From Bradyrhizobium sp. (lineage in GTDB: Bacteria; Pseudomonadota; Alphaproteobacteria; Rhizobiales; Xanthobacteraceae), in contig NZ_DAIDJE010000175.1 of the NCBI RefSeq assembly GCF_027451485.1, forward strand, positions 1,032 to 65,031: a stretch of DNA of 64,000 nt, given 5' to 3'. Below the pieces are notes generated by a model that saw only the letters and a list, made by a program, of their open reading frames with translations, was not told the origin of the DNA and searched no databases. The translations under genes and the position numbers were made by a program. This document shows, piece by piece, positions 28,024 through 38,204 of this stretch. Position 1 is the first letter of the stretch, and each line of letters opens with the position of its first letter.

Positions 28024-28176
28024 GAGCCCAACGCTGGCATATATACAGCCTACCTGTACAGTTTTTCTGTTAATCACATTCACGCTAGGGACCGGCGGTT
28101 TGCTCTTGACAGCGATCGGCGCCGAACAACTGATTTGCCCGTCGTGCCAATCTGTCGCAGGCGCTTTGCTTGTGCC

Positions 28177-28453
28177 GTCGGGCAAATCAGTGGCTTTACT
28201 TCCCCGTCTCGCACCCGAAGAGAGGGGCGTATCGCGATCGTCACGAACGTTGGGTGCGGGATGCGATGGACGCTTGTCGTGCGCAAGACGAACGCACGAT
28301 GCGCGGACGGCGAAGTCGTGTGGTCCTGATATCCCGACGCCGATATCAAGTTGGCGCGATGCTGCGGCAATCACGCCCGCGATGGTGGCAAGAAAGCCCG
28401 GTCACCAAGGAGAGCACGGAATAAGTCGTAAACTGTCGCGCGGGGAATGCCGG
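28177..28453 (-). repeat. Dispersed ~275-nt non-coding repeat, copy A (reverse orientation)
   Basis: The reverse complement aligns end to end with 46577-46848: CCGGCATTCCCCGCGCGA..., ...AAGCGTCCATCGCAT..., ...GTGACGATCGCGA..., ...TGATTTGCCCGAC. I estimate about three quarters identity from hand alignment. Confidence 0.7.
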
Positions 28454-28546
28454 AACGTTTTCGGCGAACCTGCGGTGACTACACTCGTACGCTTTTCTTT
28501 TGCGTGCGAGGCTGCGGGCGCGCCAAACGCCCGGCATTCCCCGCGC
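28438..28546. repeat. 16-nt perfect inverted repeat GCGCGGGGAATGCCGG / CCGGCATTCCCCGCGC, 77-nt spacer
   Basis: Arms at 28438-28453 and 28531-28546. The same 16-mer occurs at 46577-46592. Confidence 0.7.
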
Positions 28547-28626
28547 CCTCTTCTCATCAAGAGGGACAATGTTTTGAGAAACCCGGGCGCGAAATCGCGC
28601 CGCGGGAGGGATGGATCATGTCTTCC

Positions 28627-28732
28627 CGTCATTCCGGGGCGCGCGTTAGCGCAAACCCGATATCCATGTGCCCACGTGACGCGAGGAGAAATGGCTTCCG
28701 GGCTCGATGCTTCGCATCGCCCCGGAATGACG
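28627..28732. repeat. 15-nt inverted repeat CGTCATTCCGGGGCG / CGCCCCGGAATGACG, 76-nt spacer (REP-like)
   Basis: Arms at 28627-28641 and 28718-28732. The GTCATTCCGGGGCGCG motif is a common Bradyrhizobium intergenic repeat as far as I recall. Confidence 0.65.
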
Positions 28733-28753
28733 AGAAGTGAAAGGGTGCCTAAC

Positions 28754-29833
28754 CTATAACGCCGCCAGCACGGCGTTGCCGATGTCGGCGGTGCCGTTCT
28801 TGCCGCCGAATTCCGTCGGCCTGATGCCTTGCGCATAGGCCTTGTCGACCGCGCGTTCGATGCGTTCGCCGGCCTCCGCCGCGGTTTCGAGGCCATGTTT
28901 GCCGGCGAGCCAGTCCAGCATCATCGCGGCAGAGAGGATCATGCCGGTCGGGTTGGCCTTGCCCTGCCCCATGATGTCGGGCGCGGTGCCATGACAGGGC
29001 TGGAACACCGCATAGCGGTCGCCGATGTCCGCCGACGGCGCCATGCCCATGCCGCCGACAAGGCCTGCGGTCAGGTCGGAGAGGATGTCGCCGAACATGT
29101 TCTCCGTGACCATGACGTCGAAGTCCCAGGGGCGCTTCACCAGCAAGGCCGAACAGGCATCGACGTAAAGACGGTCGGCCTTCACATCCGGATGGCGTTT
29201 GGCGGCTTCGTCAAAGATTTCACGAAAGAACGCGAAGGCCTTGAAAACGTTGGCCTTGTCGACGCAGGTCAGCGCGCCGGGCCGACCGCGCTTCTTGCGC
29301 CGCTCGGCGAGTTTGAAGGAAAACTCGAACAGCCGCTCGGAGGTCTTTCGCGTGATGACGAGGGTCTCCCGCGCATCCTCATGGGTGATCACGCCTTTTC
29401 CCATCGAGGCGAACAGGCCTTCGGTGGATTCGCGGATCACCACAAGGTCTATGCCGCGCTGTTCCGCGCCGACGATCGGACTCGGCACGCCGGGAATGAG
29501 GCGTGCCGGGCGCACCCCTGCGTAGAGATCGAACAGCATGCGCAGTTCGATCTGCGGCGCGATCTCCGTGTTGTCGGGATAGCGCACGGACGGCAGGCCG
29601 CAGGCGCCGAGCAGGATGGCATCCGCCTCCTCGCACAGCCGGATCGTGGAATCCGGCATCGACCTGCCGGTCTCGCGGTAATGGTTCGCCCCGGCCGGCG
29701 CCTCGGTGAAACGGAAGCTCAGGTGCGTGGTTTTCTCGATTTGGCGCAGGATTTCCAGCGCCGGCTCCATGACTTCGGGACCAATGCCGTCGCCGGGAAG
29801 CACGGCAATATGGAACGCAGTATTGGCAGACAT
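28754..29833 (-). CDS. Isocitrate/isopropylmalate dehydrogenase-family enzyme (tartrate dehydrogenase/decarboxylase or D-malate dehydrogenase-like)
   Basis: Trimmed to ATG 29833 ([21 protein letters not shown]). NMFGDILSD and the metal-binding Asp region are present. Confidence 0.8.
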   Translation of the reverse strand: MSANTAFHIAVLPGDGIGPEVMEPALEILRQIEKTTHLSFRFTEAPAGANHYRETGRSMPDSTIRLCEEADAILLGACGLPSVRYPDNTEIAPQIELRMLFDLYAGVRPARLIPGVPSPIVGAEQRGIDLVVIRESTEGLFASMGKGVITHEDARETLVITRKTSERLFEFSFKLAERRKKRGRPGALTCVDKANVFKAFAFFREIFDEAAKRHPDVKADRLYVDACSALLVKRPWDFDVMVTENMFGDILSDLTAGLVGGMGMAPSADIGDRYAVFQPCHGTAPDIMGQGKANPTGMILSAAMMLDWLAGKHGLETAAEAGERIERAVDKAYAQGIRPTEFGGKNGTADIGNAVLAAL

Positions 29834-29977
29834 AGAGGATCCCTGGATCTTGTTTTTGGTGGTCTCATGGCTCGAGAGGCGTGGTGTTACCACGCTCCTC
29901 ACTCGGAGTGTGAACCTCATCCTGAGGAGCGCACGTCGGCAGGCATCTTGAAGGATGAGGCCGGGCCGTCGACGGCC

Positions 29978-31048
29978 TTACGGCGTCAAAATCGCCCGTC
30001 CGACCAACCGGCCCTCCTTCAGGCTGGTGAGCGCATCGTTGGCCTTGGCGAGCGGCATCGGCGTCACCGGGATTGGCGCTATCTTCCTGGTGCGCACGAG
30101 ATCGAGCAATTCCTCGGTTTCGCGCAAATTGCCAACGTAGCTGCCCTGGATGGTGATCGCCTTGATCGGGATCAGCGGCAAGGCCCAGGGCGCGCCGCCG
30201 CCGAACAAGCCGACGATCACGAGCTTGCCGCCCTTGGTCAGGCAGTCGAAGCCAAGCTGCGCGGTCTTGGCATTGCCGACGAGATCGATCACCGCGCGAA
30301 TCGGCTCGCCGGCCTTTTTGGCCAATTGCTCCAGCGCATCGGGTGCGCCGCCGTCGACCGTTGCCAGCGCCCCCGCCGCTTCCGCCGCTTCGCGCTTTCT
30401 CGCGTCGATGTCGACGACGATCGCGCCCTTGCCGCCCATCGCTTTCAGCAGCGACAGCGCCATCAGGCCGAGGCCGCCGGCGCCGAAAATCACGATCGGA
30501 CTGTCGAACGCGGCCTCCACTTTCTTCAGCGCGCTGTAAGTGGTGACGCCGGAACAGGCGTAAGGTGCGGCGGTGACGGGATCGAGTCCCTTCAAGTCGA
30601 TCAGGTATTTTGCATGCCGTACCGTCAAATGGTCGGCATAGCCGCCGTCGCAATAGACGCCGAGCGCGCTCGGCTTGACGATGCACATGTTCTCGTCGCC
30701 GCCGAGGCAGGTCTTGCATTTGCCGCAGCCGAGCCAGGGATAGGCGAGCACGATGTCGCCGACTTTAAGGCCGTGCTTGTCGCTCTCCGTCAATTCGGGG
30801 CCGAAGGCGACGATTTCACCGACGGTTTCGTGTCCCATCGTGAGCGGGAGCGACACGCCGCGATCCTTGAGCGACAGCGGCTTGCGGCCATGGCCGAGAT
30901 CGTAACCGCCTTCCCAGATGTGGAGGTCGCTATGGCAGACGCCAGCAGCTTTCACCTTGATCAAGACCTGCGTGCCGGAAGGCTGCGGCGTCGGCTCGTC
31001 CATTTCCTTCAGCGGCGCGTTGAACTCGGCGACCCTAAAACTCTTCAT
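29978..31048 (-). CDS. Zinc-dependent alcohol dehydrogenase (MDR family)
   Basis: 356 aa. GVCHSDLH catalytic Zn motif, structural-Zn Cys cluster GCGKCKTC, GAGGLG NAD site. Confidence 0.88.
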   Translation of the reverse strand: MKSFRVAEFNAPLKEMDEPTPQPSGTQVLIKVKAAGVCHSDLHIWEGGYDLGHGRKPLSLKDRGVSLPLTMGHETVGEIVAFGPELTESDKHGLKVGDIVLAYPWLGCGKCKTCLGGDENMCIVKPSALGVYCDGGYADHLTVRHAKYLIDLKGLDPVTAAPYACSGVTTYSALKKVEAAFDSPIVIFGAGGLGLMALSLLKAMGGKGAIVVDIDARKREAAEAAGALATVDGGAPDALEQLAKKAGEPIRAVIDLVGNAKTAQLGFDCLTKGGKLVIVGLFGGGAPWALPLIPIKAITIQGSYVGNLRETEELLDLVRTRKIAPIPVTPMPLAKANDALTSLKEGRLVGRAILTP

Positions 31049-31123
31049 CGTTTCGCTCCCGTATGTTCATTGTTGGGTTTGATAGGCCGGAAACCGCGTC
31101 CGTCGCAAGGCCGGCAGACGGCC

Positions 31124-32320
31124 TCAAGCCGGCGGCGATTTTTCGGAGATCGCGGCCATCTGATGTTGCGAAAAACCCGCCTCTCCGAGCACTGCGCGCG
31201 TGTGTTCGCCGAGCGCGGGCGCGCGTTTTCCGGCCGAAACCCTGGCGCCGGACATCCGGAACGGCAGGTTCACGACCTTGAAGGAGCCGCCGCCGTCTTC
31301 CACCTCGGCCAGCGCGCCGCGATGGACAAGTTGCGGATCTTCCATCGCCTCGGCGACGGTTCGATACGCCGAACAGGGCACGCCATGCTCGGAAAGATCG
31401 GCGAGGCATCTTTCGGTCGTGACGGTGCGCGACCAGCTTTCGACGCCATCCATCAGTTCGTTCCAGTGACGTCGGCGGTCGGCATATTTCGCAAAACGGA
31501 AATCGCTGATCCATTCGGGGCGCCCGGCGGCACGGACGAGGCCCTGAAAGGTCTTTTCACTGGCGATCGCCACCATGACATAGCCGTCGGCAGTCTCGAC
31601 CGGGCCGAACATCGGGCGACTCGGCGGAGGCAACTCGAATTGCGCCGCTTGGACCTCGGTCGGCGTCAAGGTGAGCATCGATTCCAGCATCGATACGTCG
31701 ATGTGCTGGCCTGCGCCGGTGAGGGAGCGCTGGTAGAGCGCCGCCGAAATCGCGCCAAAAGCATAGACGCCGGTCAGGACGTCGGCGTGGTAGATCCCGC
31801 AATAGTCCGGCCGGTTTCGGCCTGGTTGATAGGTAAGATGCGCGATATCGTAGCCGGACGCCGCGTGGATCACCGGCGCATAGGCCGGCAACGCCGCCGA
31901 CGGACCAGTCTGGCCGTAGCCGGAGATCGAACAATAGACGAGCTTCGGATTGAGCGGCCGCAAGGACGCGTAGTCGAGTTTCAGCCGCAACATCACGCCG
32001 GGCCGGAAATTCTCAACGAGAATATCGGCGCCTTTCACCAGACGATGGACGACCTCGATCGCTTCAGGCGTCTTGAGATCGAGCACGAGGCTTTTCTTTC
32101 CGGCATTGAGCTGACCGAACAGGCTCGAGCAACCATTGCGGACAGGCGGACGGATTCGCATCGTCTCCCCGTCGGTCGGCTCGACCTTGATGACCTCCGC
32201 GCCCAAATCCGCCAGCATCCTCGTGCAATGCGGACCGGCAATGGTGGTCGAGAAATCGAGCACGCGCAGGCCGTGGAGGCTCCCTGTCGCATTCCGCTCA
32301 TCGATTTCCGTTATCGTCAT
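31124..32320 (-). CDS. Family III (CaiB/BaiF) CoA-transferase
   Basis: 398 aa. GLRVLDFSTTIAGPHCTRMLADLGAEVIKVE N-terminal signature. GGGGAG SD. Confidence 0.85.
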   Translation of the reverse strand: MTITEIDERNATGSLHGLRVLDFSTTIAGPHCTRMLADLGAEVIKVEPTDGETMRIRPPVRNGCSSLFGQLNAGKKSLVLDLKTPEAIEVVHRLVKGADILVENFRPGVMLRLKLDYASLRPLNPKLVYCSISGYGQTGPSAALPAYAPVIHAASGYDIAHLTYQPGRNRPDYCGIYHADVLTGVYAFGAISAALYQRSLTGAGQHIDVSMLESMLTLTPTEVQAAQFELPPPSRPMFGPVETADGYVMVAIASEKTFQGLVRAAGRPEWISDFRFAKYADRRRHWNELMDGVESWSRTVTTERCLADLSEHGVPCSAYRTVAEAMEDPQLVHRGALAEVEDGGGSFKVVNLPFRMSGARVSAGKRAPALGEHTRAVLGEAGFSQHQMAAISEKSPPA

Positions 32321-32523
32321 CGAGGAACTCCCCTTCTGGACTGGCTGACCGCCACCGATTCCGACGGGACACTAAAGCGAGCTGGCGGCGCAGAAAAGCG
32401 CACAGGCCAACGAGGCGCCGGTGAATCGCTGTTGATGCGGCAACTGCCTATGCGGTCGGCGGCATGGAGATTGGAACTGATCTTGCATAGATCGCGTTAG
32501 CGACGGCAGCGTGCGAGGGCGTT

Positions 32524-33942
32524 GTGCGAGTCCTGTTTGTTACGACGGAGATGGATGACTTTGTCCGGGTCGGAGGCCTGGCGGCCGTGTCCGCCGCTCT
32601 TCCCCGGGCACTCAGGCGCTGGACCGACGTCAGGGTCTTGCTTCCCGGCTACAGCGAAGTTGTCGAACAATTCACGCATATCGACATCGTCGGCCGGTCG
32701 CCGCCACTTGCGGAGATGCCGGCCTGCTCCCTTGGCCTCGGCGCGACGAAGGACGGCCTGCCGGTCTACGTGGCTTTGTGTCCAGAACTGTACGATCGGC
32801 CCGGCAATCCCTATGCCGACGAGAGCGGCCGCGACTGGCCGGACAACGATATCCGGTTCGCGCGCCTGGCCTCTGTCGCCGCTGAACTCGCCGCTGGCAA
32901 GCTGGACGAGAATTGGGCAGCCGAACTGGTCCACGCCAACGACTGGCAGGCGGCCCTTCTCCCGGCCTACCTCGCCTGGAACGGCAGCAAGATCCCGAGC
33001 ATCCTGACCATCCATAATCTGGCGTACCAGGGCCTGTTCGCGAAGGATTCGTTGCGACGGATCGGGGCGCCAGCGGACTCCTTTCACATCGACGGGCTCG
33101 AATTTTACGACAAGCTGTCGTTTCTCAAGGGCGGCCTCAACTATGCCTCGCATCTGACGACGGTCAGCGAGACCTATGCCAGGGAGATCACCACGCCCGA
33201 ACTCGGCTGCGGCCTCGAGGGCCTGCTTCGGCGCCGCTCGGACGCCGCGCAACTGACGGGCATCTTGAACGGCATTGACGAAAGCTGGGATCCGAGCGCC
33301 TGCACCCAGTTGGCCCAGCCCTTTGGCGCCGGCGACTGGGAGGGCAAACAGGCGAATGCGGACTACATCCGTCAGCAATTCGGACTTGCCTTGTCGCGCG
33401 GCCCCCTGTTCGGCCTCGTCGCACGTCTCGTACACCAGAAAGGTATCGACCTCGTGCTGTCGGCCACCGACGAAATCATCAATGGCGGCGGGCAGATCGT
33501 CGTCACCGGCCGCGGCGAGCCCGAAATCGAGCAAGCGCTGGTTGCCGCGCATCGGCGGCGGCCTGACGCCATCGGCGTTGCCATCGGCTTCAACGACGCG
33601 CAGGCGCGGCGGATATTCGCCGGCAGCGACTTCACGCTGATGCCCTCGCGGTTTGAGCCGTGCGGGCTGAGCCAGATGTACGCCCAGCGCTTCGGATCGT
33701 TGCCGATCGGCCACCAGACTGGCGGCCTCGCCGAGACGATTACCGATGGCGAAACCGGGTTTCTGTTCTCGCAACCCTCGACAGAGTCCTTCGTCGGCGG
33801 CCTTCGTCGCGCCTTTTCGGCCTTCTTTGCGAAGGATCGCCTCGATGCGATGCGCCGGAGCGCAATGGCACGGTCCTTCAGTTGGAGCGTCTCGGCAGCC
33901 TGTTACGGCGCGCTCTATCGCAAGACCGTCGCGCTTAGGTGA
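32524..33942 (+). CDS. glgA: Glycogen/starch synthase (GT5, GlgA paralog) with RVGGL instead of K-x-GGL
   Basis: 472 aa from GTG 32524: MRVLFVTTEMDDFVRVGGLAAV..., HANDWQAALLPAYL, TIHNLAYQG, PSRFEPCGLSQMY, TGGLAETI. No glgB/C/P/X adjacent. Confidence 0.85.
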   Translation: MRVLFVTTEMDDFVRVGGLAAVSAALPRALRRWTDVRVLLPGYSEVVEQFTHIDIVGRSPPLAEMPACSLGLGATKDGLPVYVALCPELYDRPGNPYADESGRDWPDNDIRFARLASVAAELAAGKLDENWAAELVHANDWQAALLPAYLAWNGSKIPSILTIHNLAYQGLFAKDSLRRIGAPADSFHIDGLEFYDKLSFLKGGLNYASHLTTVSETYAREITTPELGCGLEGLLRRRSDAAQLTGILNGIDESWDPSACTQLAQPFGAGDWEGKQANADYIRQQFGLALSRGPLFGLVARLVHQKGIDLVLSATDEIINGGGQIVVTGRGEPEIEQALVAAHRRRPDAIGVAIGFNDAQARRIFAGSDFTLMPSRFEPCGLSQMYAQRFGSLPIGHQTGGLAETITDGETGFLFSQPSTESFVGGLRRAFSAFFAKDRLDAMRRSAMARSFSWSVSAACYGALYRKTVALR

Positions 33943-33956
33943 CGGTATTACCAACC

Positions 33957-35213
33957 TTACCTTCGGCCGCTTTGCGGGGGCGGCCGGGTTTCCGGCATCG
34001 CCAGCCAGATGACGACAAGGCCGACCGCCGCGACTGTGGCAAGCCCGGCAAACGCAACGCTGCTGCCAAACTTGTCGCTGGCGTAGCCGGCGAGCACGGT
34101 GCTCAGTGACGCGCCGATCCCGGTGGCGGTACCGACGACACCTTGGGCGAGGTTGAAATGGCCGCTCCCGAAGGCGACGTCCGCAACGACGAGCGGAATC
34201 AGGACGCTCAATACTGCCGCAGTGACGCCGTCGAGTATCTGGACCGCAACCAGAAAATAAGGATCGCGGACGACCGCAAACATGATGCCCCGAAGCGCAA
34301 GCGCGCCAAATCCGAACATAAGCAAAGGCCGCCTTCCCCATACCTGCGCCGTGCGTCCGACCGAGGGCGATGTCAGCGCGACGATCGCCTGCGGCACGAT
34401 GATACAGGCGGCGATGAGAACGGTGGCCCATTGGCTCGATCGGGTGGTGACGATGCCTGCCATCAGCGGTAACATCGAGGCGTTGGCCATTTGCAACAGC
34501 AGAATGCTGCCGGCAAAGATCAGAAGAGGACGCTGACGCAGCAAAACCAGCGCACTGGTCGATTTCGCGCTCGGCGCAGTCGGCGGCACGGATCCATGCG
34601 CGCGGGCGGCGTCGACCTCCCGTTCGCGGATGCGCGCCAGCGCGAGCAGGGTCGGAATTGCCAACGCGAAGGCGACGAGAAACACTGAACGGCTCGACAG
34701 CAGATAGCCGCAGGTCCCCATCAGGGCGGCGGCGACGCCGTTGCCAAGCGAGGCGAAGCGCGCGTTGCGTCCCAACCGCTCGCCGATCGCCCAAGGTCCC
34801 ACCAGACCAAGACTGATTGCGGCGATCGCCGGGCCAAGCACGCAACTGGCCGCGGCTTGCAGCGTTGCGGCGGCCGCGATCACCGGATAGATCGGCCATG
34901 CCGCATAGGCGAGCGCGGCGCATCCGATCGTCGCGATGGCAAGGCCCGCGACCAGACGCTCCGATTTCGCCGCATCGATAATCGCCCCGCCCGGCATCTG
35001 TCCGATCAAGGCGATGATGCTGCCGATCGAAAGGATCGAGCCGATCTCGACTTGCGTCCATTTCTGCGTAGTCAGGTAGACCGCAACAAACGGCCCGAAA
35101 CCGGTCTGCACATCCGCGAGAAAGAAGATGAACCAGTCGAGACCACGAAGACTTTCCCGCGAGGGATGCGGCAATGCATTTGGCGTCACCGGTTCGGAGT
35201 CAGAGCGAACCAT
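33957..35213 (-). CDS. MFS transporter (unknown substrate)
   Basis: About 12 hydrophobic segments. Start uncertain: ATG 35213 (MVRSDSEP...) or ATG 35291. Neither has a convincing SD. Confidence 0.7.
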   Translation of the reverse strand: MVRSDSEPVTPNALPHPSRESLRGLDWFIFFLADVQTGFGPFVAVYLTTQKWTQVEIGSILSIGSIIALIGQMPGGAIIDAAKSERLVAGLAIATIGCAALAYAAWPIYPVIAAAATLQAAASCVLGPAIAAISLGLVGPWAIGERLGRNARFASLGNGVAAALMGTCGYLLSSRSVFLVAFALAIPTLLALARIREREVDAARAHGSVPPTAPSAKSTSALVLLRQRPLLIFAGSILLLQMANASMLPLMAGIVTTRSSQWATVLIAACIIVPQAIVALTSPSVGRTAQVWGRRPLLMFGFGALALRGIMFAVVRDPYFLVAVQILDGVTAAVLSVLIPLVVADVAFGSGHFNLAQGVVGTATGIGASLSTVLAGYASDKFGSSVAFAGLATVAAVGLVVIWLAMPETRPPPQSGRR

Positions 35214-35303
35214 CCGATTGTCATGATCCAATTGTCCCCGCTCCGTGGAGCGAGCGTGTTGATGTCGGGAAGAAGATTGGCGCGCAAACATTGCTCCGCC
35301 GTC

Positions 35304-35807
35304 TCACTGGTGATCGTATTGCCACGGTTTGAGGCTGCCGGCGGCGCCGAGCACCACGATGGGTGTGCCTTCCTTGTATTCGGGAGCTGCCATCACCTGC
35401 TCCTTCGTCAGATCTAGCGTGATGCTGTCGCCCTTCTTGGCGACTCCTCCAAAATGCAGTGCATTCCAGTCGACGACGATCTTCCGGCTGCCAACCCCAA
35501 GAAAGCCGCCAAAATCGATCACAGCGGCCCGGACCGTCCCCTCACGATCTACGATGACATCGACGATACGTCCCATATCCTCGCCTTTCGGGCCTCGAAC
35601 GTCTCGTCCCAAAACGCCATGGGCTTCGCTCGCACCGATGATGGTGACGGACGCTGGCGGCGGTGGCTCTTTCGGAGCAGCAGGTGGAGCAGATGGTTGC
35701 TGTTCTGCAGATGGAGGTGCCGCGGAATCACCTTCGCCCCAGGAACGGGCGGCGTACAGGCTGGCGACACCTATGATCGCGAGCGTGAACAGAATTCTGG
35801 CGCGCAT
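35304..35807 (-). CDS. Secreted PRC-barrel domain protein with Pro/Ala-rich linker
   Basis: Trimmed to ATG 35807 (MRARILFTLAIIGVASLYAARSWG signal peptide), then a PPSAEQQPSAPPAAPKEPPPP linker, then a PRC-barrel-like core (GEDMGRIVDVIVDREGTVRAAVIDFGGFLGVGSRKIVV). Confidence 0.7.
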   Translation of the reverse strand: MRARILFTLAIIGVASLYAARSWGEGDSAAPPSAEQQPSAPPAAPKEPPPPASVTIIGASEAHGVLGRDVRGPKGEDMGRIVDVIVDREGTVRAAVIDFGGFLGVGSRKIVVDWNALHFGGVAKKGDSITLDLTKEQVMAAPEYKEGTPIVVLGAAGSLKPWQYDHQ

Positions 35808-35887
35808 CTCAACCCTCGCTTGATTGCCGGAAGCGGCGGTTCGCAATCCGCCGCAGCCGGTCAGAGCCGTCCACTGCCTTTGCAAGA

Positions 35888-38089
35888 TCAGCGGGAAAGC
35901 ACGATAGAAACCTGAATCTTGCCTCGCGTCCTCATCACCTCGAGCGACACTTCATCGCCATGCCGCCTGAGCCGAAGGTCGGCACTCGAGGCTCCCAGCT
36001 CCAGATCACGTAGAACGATTTCGTTGAGGAAAACCGGCAGGCGCGGGTTGCGCAGGCGGATTTCTCCCTGGTCGGCGTCGAATTCCAGTCCGAGCGCGGC
36101 CTCAAGCAAGGTGAACGGAGTCGCGCTCGCCCAGGCTTGCGGCGCACATGCGACCGGATAGAGCGTCGGCCCGCGCCCCTTCTCGCGGCGAAAACCGCAA
36201 AACAGTTCGGGCAACCGGCGCAAATCCATGTAAGTCGCTGCATCAAACAGCGCCTTGAACACTTGCTCGACCGAATGTTTGAGCCCGTAGCGCGCGAGGC
36301 CGAGTGCGATCAATGCGTTGTCATGCGGCCAGATCGATCCGTCGTGATAAGACATCGGATTGTAGCGTGCTTCGCCCTGGGCGACGGTGCGAATGCCCCA
36401 GCCGGTAAAAAAACTGGGCTGCATCAATCCGGCAGCGACCAGGCGAGCGCGATCCTCGCGCACAATGCCCGTGAAAAGAAGCTGCCCGGCATTCGATGTG
36501 CGGACACGACACTGCTTTTTCTCGCCGTCGAGCGCCAGCGCATAGGTGGAAAGTTCGTCGCACCAGAACGTGTTCTCAAACCTTTCGGCAAGCTGCGCGG
36601 CTTCGCTCTCGAGCTGCCGCGCCCGTTCAAATAATCCCATTCGTTTGGCGCATCGAGCCGCCAGCCGCTTTGCCGCAAAGACGTAGCCCTGCACCTCGGC
36701 GAGCGCGATGTAACCTTCCGCCAGCTGGCCATCTGCGTGGAAGATCGCATCGAAAGAATCTTTCCAGCCCTGATTGGCAAGCCCCTGTTCCGAGGCGCGC
36801 TGATATTCGACAAAGCCATCCCTGTCCGGATCACCGGCGCCATCGATCCACTGCAAGCCAGCTTCGATGGCCGGCCACAGTTCGGCGAGGGTAGCGCCAT
36901 CACCCGTACGTTCGACGTAAAGGCCGGCCAGAAGCACAAACAAGGGCGTTGCATCGACGCTGCCGTAATACTGTGCAAACGGCACCTCCCGAAGGGCCGC
37001 CATTTCACCGCCGCGCATTTCATGCAGAATCTTTCCCGGTGCGGCGTCGGCGAGCGGATCGACACTCTTTGCCTGATACCGGGCCAGCCGCTTCAACACG
37101 CCGCGAGCCACGCGCGGATCGATCCATAGCATCTGAAGCGCTGTGATAATCCCGTCACGTCCGAACGTCGTCGAATACCAGGGAATTCCTGCATATGGAT
37201 ACCGGCCCTCCGGTGTGTCCGTCATCAAGATGTTCAGGTCGGCCATCGAGCGGCACAGCACTTCATTGAAGATATTGTTCGAGGTTTCGATACTGGCAGC
37301 ACCCCTCGTCTGCTGGCGCATCTCCCGGCGATGCGCCAACAGGCCGCGAAAGAACGGAACTGGCTTCGAAGCCCCGGGCTTGTTGCAGGACGCAATCACA
37401 AACAGGGACTGCATCTGCTTCGGCGCGAGCTCGAGGTGGTAAGTTGCCGCATTCGCGGTGAGACGCGTGGGCTCGGGATCGAGCTGAAGCGCCGTGGAGC
37501 GCGAAGCACCGTCCAATCCAGTATATTCGAGGAGAACGTCGGAAGGGCTGAGTAGTTTTCCGGAGGCAACGCCGCGCCGTTCACGCCGTTCGCCGCGCAC
37601 CTCGAACAGATCGGCGAAATCATTGCCGAACAGCAGCGTCAGGTCGAAGCTTGCAACATGCTCACCATGATTCTGCACACCGATGCGCTGATACGCGGCG
37701 CCCCGCCAAAGAAAGATGGTGCGAACAATGTGCAGCATGTCTTTCCGAAGGACATTGCGCCCCTGACGATAGACGTCTGGATTGGTCAGATCCACCGTCA
37801 GCGCTGAATTGTCATCGCGGAGGTTTGAGCCCAGAAGCAGCGGCTGGACATCATCCAATACCAGTTCGAGCCGCGCCAGATAGCGGGTATCCAAATTGAA
37901 CAGGCCGTCCGGCCCGCCCGCGGAGGCGCCAATATCGCCATGACAGTCGAGTACGATGAACGTATCGTCATGTTTGAGCGAACGTCGCGCCCGAGCCGCA
38001 GGCCCGGTCATCGGAATGTAGAATGGCGATTCTTCGACCGTTTCCGTTATCCGCAATGTGGCGACGCTGGTGACGGCTTCCGCTGACAT
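35888..38089 (-). CDS. Amylo-alpha-1,6-glucosidase / glycogen-debranching-enzyme-like protein (GDE N-terminal plus (alpha/alpha)6 GDE_C domains)
   Basis: 733 aa. FIVLDCHGDIG..., GIPWYSTTFGRDGIITA, GKILHEMRGGE, GWKDS, SYHDGSIWPHDN are typical of bacterial/archaeal GDE-type proteins as I remember them. Confidence 0.75.
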   Translation of the reverse strand: MSAEAVTSVATLRITETVEESPFYIPMTGPAARARRSLKHDDTFIVLDCHGDIGASAGGPDGLFNLDTRYLARLELVLDDVQPLLLGSNLRDDNSALTVDLTNPDVYRQGRNVLRKDMLHIVRTIFLWRGAAYQRIGVQNHGEHVASFDLTLLFGNDFADLFEVRGERRERRGVASGKLLSPSDVLLEYTGLDGASRSTALQLDPEPTRLTANAATYHLELAPKQMQSLFVIASCNKPGASKPVPFFRGLLAHRREMRQQTRGAASIETSNNIFNEVLCRSMADLNILMTDTPEGRYPYAGIPWYSTTFGRDGIITALQMLWIDPRVARGVLKRLARYQAKSVDPLADAAPGKILHEMRGGEMAALREVPFAQYYGSVDATPLFVLLAGLYVERTGDGATLAELWPAIEAGLQWIDGAGDPDRDGFVEYQRASEQGLANQGWKDSFDAIFHADGQLAEGYIALAEVQGYVFAAKRLAARCAKRMGLFERARQLESEAAQLAERFENTFWCDELSTYALALDGEKKQCRVRTSNAGQLLFTGIVREDRARLVAAGLMQPSFFTGWGIRTVAQGEARYNPMSYHDGSIWPHDNALIALGLARYGLKHSVEQVFKALFDAATYMDLRRLPELFCGFRREKGRGPTLYPVACAPQAWASATPFTLLEAALGLEFDADQGEIRLRNPRLPVFLNEIVLRDLELGASSADLRLRRHGDEVSLEVMRTRGKIQVSIVLSR

Positions 38090-38135
38090 GTGACCTCGCT
38101 TGAATTGGCAGCGACAGACTTGCGCAACGCCCCTA

Positions 38136-38204
38136 ATGTCCGAGTTTCGACATTCGTAGTCTTTCGACGCGAGCCCCTTTACGAATGTCAGAGCCGAGGG
38201 ACAT
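38136..38204. repeat. Palindromic REP-like element, GACATTCGTA-core family (imperfect copy)
   Basis: ATGTCCGAGTTTCGACATTCGTA (38136-58), 21-nt loop, TACGAATGTCAGAGCCGAGGGACAT (38180-204). Same core and loop length as 49877-49945. Confidence 0.7.

Noticed and set aside
28829-32500. 1223-aa ORF on the + strand, the longest ORF in the window
   Set aside because: It runs antisense to three well-supported genes (tartrate-DH-like, Zn-ADH, CoA-transferase). It is Arg/Ala/Gly/Asp-rich with no recognisable motifs. This is a typical stop-poor shadow frame of high-GC DNA.
32497-35061. 854-aa minus-strand ORF, and similar long ORFs 41733..43718 (-), 48774..50303 (-), 45407..46543 (-), 15133..16452 (-), 8464..9627 (+), 26394..27383 (+)
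   Set aside because: Each is antisense to, or out of frame with, a gene that has clear family motifs. Their compositions are dominated by R, A, G, P, which marks them as shadow ORFs.
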